Of a stretch of 32,000 nt of DNA, positions 9,005-18,500 are shown piece after piece. Position numbers and translations under genes: made by a program. This stretch comes from Acaryochloris marina MBIC11017 (GTDB taxonomy: Bacteria > Cyanobacteriota > Cyanobacteriia > Thermosynechococcales > Thermosynechococcaceae), in assembly GCF_000018105.1 (NCBI RefSeq), contig NC_009925.1, positions 6,060,001-6,092,000 on the forward strand, given 5' to 3'. Position 1 is the first letter of the stretch. Each line of letters begins with the position of its first letter. Under the pieces are notes generated by a model. That model saw only the letters and a list, made by a program, of their open reading frames with translations, was not told the origin of the DNA and ran no database searches.

Positions 9005-9259
9005 AGTTTTAGCTAACCAAAACAGGTGCAAATACAACATAATTAAGAGAAAACACTTAAGTCTAAGGAAGAACAAGAGCCATTTAATATTCAACAAAAA
9101 AGCTAGTGCTCTTTTAATGGCTGTTCTTCAAAAGTATTTCACTCGAAATTATTTTATTTGAGGTGCATAGGTTACTCGCTCAGCTAGCAAGTAAAGACCT
9201 AAGTACCGATAGGAAGAAATATCATTAGTAAAAGATTACTGTAGTTTTAAATTGATTTT

Positions 9260-9273
9260 GTAATCCTATATAC
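9260..9273. promoter_or_regulatory. Canonical NtcA-type box GTA-N8-TAC in the divergent transporter/amiE control region
   Basis: The sequence is GTAATCCTATATAC. On the minus strand a TAN3T -10 candidate (TAATCT, 9238..9233) follows after 21 nt. On the plus strand TAAAAT (9293-9298) follows after 19 nt. Confidence 0.45.
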
Positions 9274-9657
9274 AAGGCAGCTGCTATTACAATAAAATTG
9301 ACTTTATACATAAAAAATAGGTTTGTATGTCATGAAATCTCTACTTTATTAAACTAAGCAGAAAATAATGCATGGGCTTTTTAAGTGAGATATCTGAGAA
9401 AAGGACGAATCTGATTACTTGAATATCAGCATTATTGGGTTTAACAATATGCCTATTGATTAACTCAATAATTCTTCTGCTATTTTATCGTTGCATATGA
9501 ATTAGTATTGTCACCAATGAAATAAGTGTATTAATTACGGGAATAAGCCTTTTCAAAAACATTCTATGTAATGTATAAAGGAATACATTTATTTAGAGAT
9601 GTTTGTTTGACTTATGGTCTATTTCTCTTGTGAAACCCATTAAAATAGGAGAGTCAG

Positions 9658-10749
9658 ATGGCATTTCATGGTGATATTTCTTCAAGTTATGATTCTGTTG
9701 GCGTTGCTGTCGTTAACTACAAAATGCCGAGGCTACATACTCAAGATGAAGTATTAGCTAATTGCAATAATATTGCTGAAGTCATAGATGGAATGAAGCA
9801 GGGCCTGCCTGGTTTAGACCTTGTGATTTTCCCTGAGTATTCAACTCATGGCATTATGTATGATTCCCAAGAGATGATGGATACAGCTTCCAGCATTCCA
9901 GGCCCTGAAACGGATATTTTTTCTGAAGCTTGTATACGGAATAAAGTTTGGGGTGTGTTTTCCCTCACGGGGGAGCGCCATGAACAACACCCAGATAAAG
10001 TCCCCTATAACACCCTTATTCTGATAAATGATCAGGGGGATATCGTCCAAAAGTATCGCAAAATTATGCCTTGGACTCCCATTGAAGGATGGTATCCAGG
10101 AAACTGTACGTATGTTACCGAAGGTCCCAAGGGTTTAAAAATTAGTCTGATTATTTGTGATGATGGCAATTATCCTGAAATTTGGCGTGATTGTGTTATG
10201 AAGGGCGCTGAATTAGTCATTCGCTGCCAAGGATATATGTATCCCGCCAAAGAACAGCAAATCATTGTTTCGAAGGCGATGGCATGGATGAACAATACTT
10301 ACGTGGCGGTTGCAAATGCTGCGGGCTTTGATGGCGTGTATAGCTACTTTGGTCATTCTGCAATCGTTGGGTTTGATGGTCGAACCTTAGGTGAATGTGG
10401 TGAAGAAGAAAATGGTATTCAATACGCTGCGCTATCCAAATTTTCGATTCGCGATTTTCGTAAACACGCCCAATCTCAAAACCACCTCTTCAAATTGTTG
10501 CATCGGGGATATACCGGCATCATTAATTCAGGGGAGGGAGATCAAGGCATGATGGAATGCCCCTATGACTTCTATAGGGAATGGGTTTTAGATCCTGAAT
10601 CAACGAAGAAAAAGGTAGAAGCGTTAACACGACCAACGGTGGGAACCCATGAATGTCCCATTGATGGCATCCCCAATCCAGCTACCAAAATCCCTGAAGT
10701 GAGAGTGAAAGAATCAGAGCCGATTCCGGTAAGACAAATCATTCCCTAA
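9658..10749 (+). CDS. amiE: Aliphatic amidase (acylamide amidohydrolase, nitrilase superfamily)
   Basis: It is near-collinear by eye with Pseudomonas aeruginosa AmiE ([23 protein letters not shown]...). The Glu-Lys-Cys triad contexts are present ([23 protein letters not shown]). AGGAG lies 7 nt upstream of the ATG. Confidence 0.95.
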   Translation: MAFHGDISSSYDSVGVAVVNYKMPRLHTQDEVLANCNNIAEVIDGMKQGLPGLDLVIFPEYSTHGIMYDSQEMMDTASSIPGPETDIFSEACIRNKVWGVFSLTGERHEQHPDKVPYNTLILINDQGDIVQKYRKIMPWTPIEGWYPGNCTYVTEGPKGLKISLIICDDGNYPEIWRDCVMKGAELVIRCQGYMYPAKEQQIIVSKAMAWMNNTYVAVANAAGFDGVYSYFGHSAIVGFDGRTLGECGEEENGIQYAALSKFSIRDFRKHAQSQNHLFKLLHRGYTGIINSGEGDQGMMECPYDFYREWVLDPESTKKKVEALTRPTVGTHECPIDGIPNPATKIPEVRVKESEPIPVRQIIP

Positions 10750-11064
10750 GAATAGATGGTTGGGAAATCTCAGAATTGAGACCTCAAGGATCTATTCAAA
10801 ACGTTGGGTTCGTACTTTTTGTATTAACTCAATCACGATAATTTCATGATATTAATATTTTAAAAAAATGATCAAATTATACAGTTAGAATCTTAAGTTT
10901 CGTTTGTGAATTACTTAATAATAGATTGAAATGTAAATAGTATCATAGCAAACAAAACTAATATTTATTCGTTGTATAGTTTTAGTTAGATTCACTCCAG
11001 CCTATGTTCTACGTAGGCCTTTTCTTTGCTTTTTTTAAATTTTATTCTATATAAGCATTCAAGA

Positions 11065-11142
11065 TAGAAATCATTTCTATATATGTTTTAAGACAATTAA
11101 GCCTTAAAGCTTTAGATTTATATAGTCAATAGAATCATTCTA
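11065..11142. repeat. Two related perfect palindromes: TAGAAATCATTTCTA (11065-11079) and TAGAATCATTCTA (11130-11142)
   Basis: These were read directly. Both have TAGAA(A)T arms around a central C. They lie 65 bp apart and about 300-370 bp upstream of fmdA, in a very AT-rich spacer. Confidence 0.3.
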
Positions 11143-11438
11143 AATAAGCCTAGGGAATCTTGCGTAAGGTCAATATTTTATGGATATTTAGGGAATTAAT
11201 TTAATCCATCTAAATCAATATTTACTGTGGCCATAAATCAACAAAAATAATTTTATTTAGAGAAATACAAATATTTTTATTAATCTTTATTCAAAAGTAT
11301 CTAAATTATCTTTCAATTAAATTTTCCTGCTTTAACCTAACAATCATATTCATCCAGGAATTAATATTCTTGAGACTAATTCATAGATAAATAAATATTG
11401 ATAAGTTTCATTCTTACTACTATTAGGACTGCATCACT

Positions 11439-12653
11439 ATGCCCGAAACTCTCTTCAAAATAGATCTGACGAAGCCGATGCATGAACAAGATGTGCCAGG
11501 CCATAATCGATGGCACCCTGATATTCCAGCTGTCGTCTCTGTTAATCCAGGAGATATCTTCAGAATCGAATGTAAAGACTGGACAGATGGACAAATTGGC
11601 AATAATGATGATCCCAGTGATATCCGAGATGTTGAGCTACAAGTTGTTCATGTACTCAGTGGTCCGATTCATGTAAATGGTGCAGAACCAGGGGATATCC
11701 TAGTTGTGGACTTGCTTGATATTGGTGCTTTACCCGGAGATGAATGGGGGTTTACAGGCATATTCGATCGTAATAATGGAGGAGGATTCCTGACGGATCA
11801 CTTTCCTGAGGCAGCAAAAGCCTGTTGGGATTTAGAAGGTATCTATACTGAAACTCGTCATATCCCTGGGGTAAAATTTGCGGGCATTACCCATCCTGGA
11901 CTTATTGGATGTGCTCCATCCCAAGAACTATTAAATACCTGGAACCAGAGGGAACAAGCATTAGTTGACAAAGGGGACAGTGGTTGGGGGCCACCTTGGA
12001 AACCCCCAATCCCTCCCTATGCAGCACTTCCCAATCCAAATTATGCCGTCCTTGGGAAATTGGGGAGCTATGTCAATAAGGGACCAGAGTTTGACCGTGT
12101 TGCAGCAGAAGCCGCGCGTACGGTCCCTCCCCGAGAACATGGTGGTAACTGCGACATCAAAAACTTATCAAAAGGATCCCGCATCTATTTCCCGGTTTAT
12201 GTTGAAGGAGCTAAATTATCCATGGGGGATATTCATTTCTCTCAAGGGGATGGAGAGATCTCTTTCTGTGGGGCCATTGAGATGTCTGGCTATATTGACT
12301 TACACGTCGACATCATTAAGGGGGGGATGGAAAAGTATTCGATGATCAACCCCATCTTCAAACCTGGTCCCGTTGAACCTCATTATTCTGAGTATCTAAT
12401 CTTTGAAGGAATTTCTGTGGATGAATTTAGCGGAGAGCAATATTATCTTGATGCTCATGTGGCTTATCGAAGAGCCTGTTTGAATGCGATTAACTACTTG
12501 AAAAACTTTGGATTTACGGGAGAACAAGCATACTTGTTACTGAGTTGCGCCCCTGTTGAAGGGCGGGTTAGCGGTATTGTGGATGTTCCCAATGCTTGTT
12601 GTACCCTCGCTTTACCCACTGCCATTTTTGATCAAGATATTGTTCCCTCTTAA
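11439..12653 (+). CDS. fmdA: Formamidase/acetamidase (FmdA_AmdA family)
   Basis: The N-terminus and core resemble Methylophilus FmdA (HNRWHPD, GDxFRIEC.DWTDGQIGNNDD, VH.LSGPI.V.GAEPGD, GGGFLTDHFPEA). Confidence 0.93.
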   Translation: MPETLFKIDLTKPMHEQDVPGHNRWHPDIPAVVSVNPGDIFRIECKDWTDGQIGNNDDPSDIRDVELQVVHVLSGPIHVNGAEPGDILVVDLLDIGALPGDEWGFTGIFDRNNGGGFLTDHFPEAAKACWDLEGIYTETRHIPGVKFAGITHPGLIGCAPSQELLNTWNQREQALVDKGDSGWGPPWKPPIPPYAALPNPNYAVLGKLGSYVNKGPEFDRVAAEAARTVPPREHGGNCDIKNLSKGSRIYFPVYVEGAKLSMGDIHFSQGDGEISFCGAIEMSGYIDLHVDIIKGGMEKYSMINPIFKPGPVEPHYSEYLIFEGISVDEFSGEQYYLDAHVAYRRACLNAINYLKNFGFTGEQAYLLLSCAPVEGRVSGIVDVPNACCTLALPTAIFDQDIVPS

Positions 12654-12700
12654 TTCAATCTAATTGGTCATCCATTGTTGATGTGTTCTTCTCCTCAATG

Positions 12701-12732
12701 ATTGAGTGCTGAGTCAGTTTTCAGTGCTCAAT
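12701..12732 (+). terminator. RNA hairpin between fmdA and fmdB (12-bp stem including 2 G-U pairs, 8-nt loop) followed by a T-rich tract
   Basis: ATTGAGTGCTGA (12701-12712) pairs with TCAGTGCTCAAT (12721-12732). CTTCTCTCGTTTCTTATTT follows. Confidence 0.35.
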
Positions 12733-12781
12733 CTTCTCTCGTTTCTTATTTATTCAATAGTTTTGGAGAGTAAATTTTTAT

Positions 12782-13060
12782 ATGCCTTTGTACGATTATC
12801 GGTGTAATGAATGTGGAGATTTTGAAAAATGGCTCCAGATTTCTGATTTAGATTCACCTGTCTATTGTTCAGATTGTGATCAAGTTGCCAATCGGCTCAT
12901 TTCTGCTCCAAACATTAGTCTTAATTCAGGTCGTTTTCCCAAAAAGTATGGTACTCCTGAATTGGTGACTCGCAAAAAAAGATCTGTATCTCCCCCTCGC
13001 TTACAAGAGGCCAAAGCTGGACGTCCCTGGATGGTCAGTCATTCCCCCGCTCGGTATTAA
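12782..13060 (+). CDS. fmdB: FmdB-family zinc-ribbon putative regulatory protein
   Basis: The N-terminus MPLYDYRCNECGDFE...YCSDCD is the CxxC...CxxC FmdB-type zinc ribbon. The gene sits immediately downstream of fmdA, as in the Methylophilus fmd locus. Confidence 0.8.
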   Translation: MPLYDYRCNECGDFEKWLQISDLDSPVYCSDCDQVANRLISAPNISLNSGRFPKKYGTPELVTRKKRSVSPPRLQEAKAGRPWMVSHSPARY

Positions 13061-13107
13061 CACCGCTCTTCCTTCATACTATTCGACAGGAATAGATAGG
13101 ATTGGGG

Positions 13108-14718
13108 ATGCTAGAAAGTACAATTTGGGTTCTGCTAGTCGGGTTTGGGGCTGGACAATTAGCCAAACGCCTAGGAGCACCAGGCCTAATTGGCATGATT
13201 CTAGTCGGTATTCTCCTGGGGCCTGAAGGTCTGAATCGCATTAGCACTGATATGCTGGCCAATGCGTCCGAGTTGCGTCAGTTCGCCGTTATGGTGATTT
13301 TAATGCGGGCAGGGCTGGGACTCGACCGGGACAAGCTCCAGCAACAAGGAAGCGTGGCGTTGCGATTGGGGTTTCTTCCTGCGATGTGTGAAGCGATCGC
13401 AATCACCGTAACCGCGATGGTGCTCTTTCAATTTAACTGGGCTACAGGACTACTTTTAGGATGCATCATTAGTGCTGAATCTCCTGCAGTTATCGTTCCG
13501 GCAATGCTGCGGCTGAAAAATCTAGGGTGGGGCGTAGGTAAGGGTATCGCTGATGCCATCTTGACAGGGAGCGCTTTATCAGATGTCTTTATCCTCCTGG
13601 TCTTTAGCTTGTTGATCAATTTCCTGGCTCAGGAGCAAAGCAATGGGCTGGCCCTGCTTCCCCTACAAGTTGTAATGCAAATTGGTGTCGGTGCATTATT
13701 TGGCTATGGCTTTGCCCGATTATTTACCCTTCTCTTGACCCAATTATTGTGGTTGGAAACTCAGGTGCAAGAAGTGCTTGTCGCGGCCTGTCTTGCCCTC
13801 TTGCTGGTGGTTGGCAACCGTTTCTTACCCATTTATTCTGGCTACCTGGCAGTGATGGCCTTTGGTTTTTTTATAATTGAGTTTTCTCCTCCCCTGGCAC
13901 GACGCATGCGTATCGGGTTTAATACCTTGTGGGTCGGTGCTGAAATCGTCTTGTTTGTTCTTATGGGAGCTAGCATCCAGCTTCAAGTTTTGAGCAAAAC
14001 TTTTTGGCCAGCACTACTAATATTGGTAATTGGTATTGTGTTTGGCCGAACGCTGGGGTGGGCCTTATCCACCTACCGTAGCAATTGGAACTGGAAAGAG
14101 CGATTGTTTCTCCTACCGGGCAATTCAGCCAAAGCGACCGTTCAGGCAGCCATCGGTGCTGTACCCCTCAGTCTCAATCTAGACGGAGGCGACATTATTC
14201 TTGCGGTTGCCGCTCTATCCATCCTGATCACGGCTCCTTTTGGTGCTTGGGCTATTCCTGCCTTTGCACCTAGATTACTGACTCAAGATCCCATTGATCC
14301 CACTAAAGTAACGGTCAATCGTAAGACTATCCTGTTAGCCGCAGTGGATACTTCAGAATTAGCGGTTCTCGTGTTAACGAAAACAGCTGAAATCGCTCGC
14401 CGTTGTCAAGCTGAAGTGATCGTCGTCCATGCCCTCCAAGGTGAGCCCACCGCATCGACCCAGACTTTAGAAACCCAAATCAGTCGATTGTTATTAGATG
14501 TGCCCCACCAATTTGTAATGATCGCCGGAACGGTATCAGATGTACTTCTCAAGTCTGCACAGCAATATCAAGCAGATGAAATCATCATGGGCAAACGGGG
14601 GCATCGACCTTGGCAACAAGTCTTTATCGGTTCTGTCTCTAGAGCTGTATTAGCAACCAGCACTATTCCAGTGATGTTGGTCGAACCCGATCGTTCTACC
14701 TCTAAACCTATTTGCTAG
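13108..14718 (+). CDS. Cation:proton antiporter (Na+/H+ exchanger family) fused to a C-terminal universal stress protein (USP) domain
   Basis: The roughly 400-aa polytopic N-terminal part has the exchanger-type start LGAPGLIGMILVGILLGPEGL. The C-terminal part is USP-like (ILLAAVDTSE...VIVVHAL...ADEIIMGKRGH...IGSVSRAVLATSTIPVMLV). The ATG is at 13108 and the ORF-track start at 13102 is TTG. Confidence 0.85.
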   Translation: MLESTIWVLLVGFGAGQLAKRLGAPGLIGMILVGILLGPEGLNRISTDMLANASELRQFAVMVILMRAGLGLDRDKLQQQGSVALRLGFLPAMCEAIAITVTAMVLFQFNWATGLLLGCIISAESPAVIVPAMLRLKNLGWGVGKGIADAILTGSALSDVFILLVFSLLINFLAQEQSNGLALLPLQVVMQIGVGALFGYGFARLFTLLLTQLLWLETQVQEVLVAACLALLLVVGNRFLPIYSGYLAVMAFGFFIIEFSPPLARRMRIGFNTLWVGAEIVLFVLMGASIQLQVLSKTFWPALLILVIGIVFGRTLGWALSTYRSNWNWKERLFLLPGNSAKATVQAAIGAVPLSLNLDGGDIILAVAALSILITAPFGAWAIPAFAPRLLTQDPIDPTKVTVNRKTILLAAVDTSELAVLVLTKTAEIARRCQAEVIVVHALQGEPTASTQTLETQISRLLLDVPHQFVMIAGTVSDVLLKSAQQYQADEIIMGKRGHRPWQQVFIGSVSRAVLATSTIPVMLVEPDRSTSKPIC

Positions 14719-15509
14719 CCAAAGAATTTTATTCAGCATGAAAACAATTTGACTAGATAGGTATACGGATAATCTGATTTTGAATTGTCCTTTAGGTTTT
14801 CGCTCAAGATAGATACTCTTTCTGGACGTAAATAAGCTAGCTATGAATTTACTTTATTAGTAATTTATTTATTGTAGGCGATGCTCTTGTTCTAGTGAAT
14901 CTGCTATTAAATTAAATAATTGATATATTAGATTATTTTATAGTTAAATTTACCTAGATATAGTAGTTAAGTTTTGGGTTTAGTAAAGCTAAAGAAGCTA
15001 CTAAAAAATTGGGGAATATGATTTCTATGACATTCTGTTAAAGAAAATTGTTTTTTATAGGTTCTGTTATAACCTCCTGCTGGCATGAAATACGGATATA
15101 CCTGATTTTAGATTGCTAGCTTATAGAAGTAAGGTCTAGATTGAGTTTAATTTTTGATAAAAGGCAAGAAATTCCATTAAGATTACCTTGATTTTAGTAA
15201 AAATAAACTCATAGTGAGTATAGTTAAATAAATTATAAGTCAACATCCTCTTATCTCATTCAGCAGCCTTCTTGTCTGCTCAGAGCAATGTTGGTAGCTG
15301 AGCTTCAACAGTTAATTAATATTCTATTTCTCCATGGTGCTTCTGTCCCTCGCCCAATAGATCGAATACATTTTCTTCTTGTCTAAAATTAAGTTCTTTT
15401 TTTCTGATGTTTTTAATCAGTCTGGGGAATGCTAGGGACAGTGCATCACAACCATGGGTGATGGACTCTTACGATTTACCTTGACGCCCCCTTCAGGAAG
15501 AAGCTGACT

Positions 15510-18500
15510 ATGGGATCGCGCTGGCCTGTAACTTGGCAACCCGTATCAACCAGCATCATTAACCCCCAGCCACTAACCGTGACTGTCGATACGCCTGTGA
15601 TGTCGGTCTTGAAGCAGATGAGCCAGCTTTATGGGGCAGCCTGTGCATTTCCCGTAGACCCAAAGGAATCCTTGCTTCAAGCGAGCTGTGCCATCGTAAC
15701 CCATTCATCAGGACGGCTGGCGGGGGTTTTTACTGAACGAGATCTAGTTCAATTGATGGTGGAGGGACATGATCTTGCCCATGCCAACATTGGGGATGTC
15801 CTTCGTGACTTGCCAGTCACAATTTCTCCAGAACAGTGCCGAGATATTTCTGTCCCTCTTTTTTTAATGAGGAGGGCGAAGGTACAGCATTTACCTGTGG
15901 TGACTCCCCAGCAAAAAGTGCTGGGAATCGTTACTTTGGGCACCCTTTGTCAGGCAATTGAAGCAACCAACTTTTTGCAACTATGGTCTGTGCCGGCCGT
16001 GATGTCTACTGAAGTGGTTTGTGCAGCCCCCTCCATGTCGATCTTAGAAGTTGCCTGTCAAATGCATGCTCACCATACGAGTTGTGCAGTGGTTACTTGT
16101 CAGAAACAGCAAATGACACAACTCATTGGCATCATCACTGAACGAGATATTTTACAGCTACAAACCTTAGGGATACCAATGACCACCACCTTCGTTGAGC
16201 AGGTGATGAGTAGCCCGCTATTTTCAGTCAATCCTAAGGATAGTTTGTGGTCGGTGTATCAACAAATGCATCACCATCACATTCGCCGGATGGTGGTGGT
16301 TGATTCAAATCAAATTTTGGGGATTGTCAATCAAGATGATCTGCTCCATTTATTTGATCCATTGGCGACGAACGCTTTAACAGAAGCTCTGCAAGGGCAG
16401 GTTAAGCAGTTAAGACTAGAAAAAGTTGACTTGTTGCAGGGTCAAAGTTACGGCATAGAGACCCAACAGTCGCTAGAAGATATTAACCATGCCAACGATC
16501 AAGTCCAACTCTTAAAACAACAGAATCAGCGACTTCAACAGGAACTTAAGCATAAGGAGCAAGCGGAAGCAGAATTAAGCCAACAAATTAAGCAGGAACG
16601 ACTCCTCCGACTCATCACCCAAGAGATCCATAGCACCACAGATCTCAAGGAACTCCAGTCTATTGTTGTCCATCAAGTCCGTCAGGCTGTTGGTGCTGAT
16701 CGAGCCTTGCTGTTTCGCTTGATGCCAGGGGGTGGCGGCATCATTCTCGAGGAATCTGTTCTCCCGAACTATCCTGCAATGGAAGAGTTAGACGGGGAAG
16801 ATCAAGATTTTCCACCTGAATATTATGAATTTTATCTCCACAGACAACCTCGAATCGTTTTGGATGTGGACCAAGATGACTGGAGTCAATGTCTAAAGCA
16901 ATTCTGGCTGCCAGCTCAAGTCAAATCTAAAATTGTGGCCCCTATTGTACAGTCCCAAGATCATGGCCACAGCCGATTGTGGGGGCTGTTGGTTGTTCAT
17001 GCCTGTGAATACCATCGGGTGTGGCAGCCAGATGAAGCATTATTTCTGCAGCAAGTGGCCAATCAATTTGCGGTTGCAGTTCAACAAGCTGATTTAGCCA
17101 TACAGTTGCAGCAAGAGTTAGTAGAACGTCAACAAAGCGATCGGGCTTTAGCTCAAGAGTTACAGCGATCACAATTGTTGGGAAAAATCGCTCAGAAGGT
17201 TCACGAAAGTCTGGATAGCCTGCATGTTTTTGAAACGGCAGTGGTAGAAATTCGTCGTGCTCTCAAAGCGAGTCGATGCAACATTTATATCTATAGTGCT
17301 ACGGATGAACCTCATTTTTCTTTGATGTTTCATGACTATGAAGCGGATTATCCTGATCGTGGCCCAGAGATTGTCCGCTTGGCCGACCATGAGTATGCAC
17401 GACGACTGGTAAGCCAATCAGAAGCCATTGTCAGCCCCCAGGTTCAATCTGATCCATTATTGGCCAACGGTTTACCAATGGTTAACGCACTGTCCATTCA
17501 ATCCATGGTTAGTATTCGTACGTCTTATCAAGGTGATGTGAATGGTGCGATTACGATTAGCCAATGCGATCGCATCCGGGATTGGACCCTTGAGGAAGTA
17601 GACTTACTCGCTGCAGTCGCCACAGAAGTTGGCATTGCCCTAGCTCATGCCAACTTGCTGGCCCAAGAACTCCAACAGCGAGCACAACTCTCCCAAAAGA
17701 ACCAACAGCTGCAAACTGAAATCGAAGAGAAGAAACAAACACAGACCCTTCTCAAACTTGTGATGGATTCTATTCCCCAGGCAATCTTTTGGAAGGACAA
17801 GGCCTCCCGCTATTTAGGGTGTAATCAAGCTTTTGCCCAAGAAGCAGGTTTTAACACTGCAGAAGATATTATTGGCAAAACGGATCAAGAAATGCCTTGG
17901 TCATCGGAAGAAGCTGAATGGCATCGTCTCTCTGATCTAGAGGTCATGAACTCCAAGCAACCTCAATTCCATGTGCTTGAAACTCACCTGCGGGCCGACG
18001 GGACCAAAACTTGGTTGGATACCAATAAAGTCCCCCTTCATAACCTTAAAGGGCAAGTCGTGGGTCTTTTGGGAACCTCAGAAGACATCACAGAGCGAAT
18101 TCAGATCGAAACCGAGCTGCAACAGCAGCTCCAACGAGAACAGGTCTTATCCGAGATTACCAACCAAATTCGTCGAAGCCTCGATCTTGATGTCCTTTTG
18201 AAATCTGCTGTAGATCAGCTTCGTGATCTATTCCAAGTGAGCCGATGTTCATTTTTTACCTACTCGGACCAGCCAAATTCACAACTCATTCTCTCCGCCC
18301 AAGCCTATGCACACCCCGAATGGGAAGCCGCTCTTTCTGATCCTCTTCCCACCTCAGATCATCCTCGTTTCATAAAGTTACTTGCGAATGATCGAGTACA
18401 TGCTGTGTCTGATATTTGGCAAGAGCCTAGCCTTTCAACAACAGAGAAAGAACTGTTATCAACTTCCCTTAGAATTGGAGCTTATCTCAGCGTTAGAACG

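Noticed and set aside
9005-9097. 31-codon upstream extension of the binding-protein ORF (MLNIKWLLFFLRLK...)
   Set aside because: The Tat motif and lipobox start right after the internal Met at 9004. The extension is AT-rich and hydrophobic nonsense that would bury the signal peptide.
9191-9206. GTAAAGACCTAAGTAC, an NtcA-like site
   Set aside because: The spacing is GTA-N10-TAC rather than the required N8.
11482-12345. ORFs 11482..11676 (+), 11965..12345 (+) and 11376..11594 (-)
   Set aside because: They are alternative frames within or overlapping fmdA, whose own frame has strong family similarity.
13074-14273. ORFs 13074..13262 (-), 13428..13619 (-) and 14085..14273 (+)
   Set aside because: They are shadows within the antiporter gene. 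Their Arg/Pro-rich composition is typical of off-frame translation of GC-richer coding DNA.
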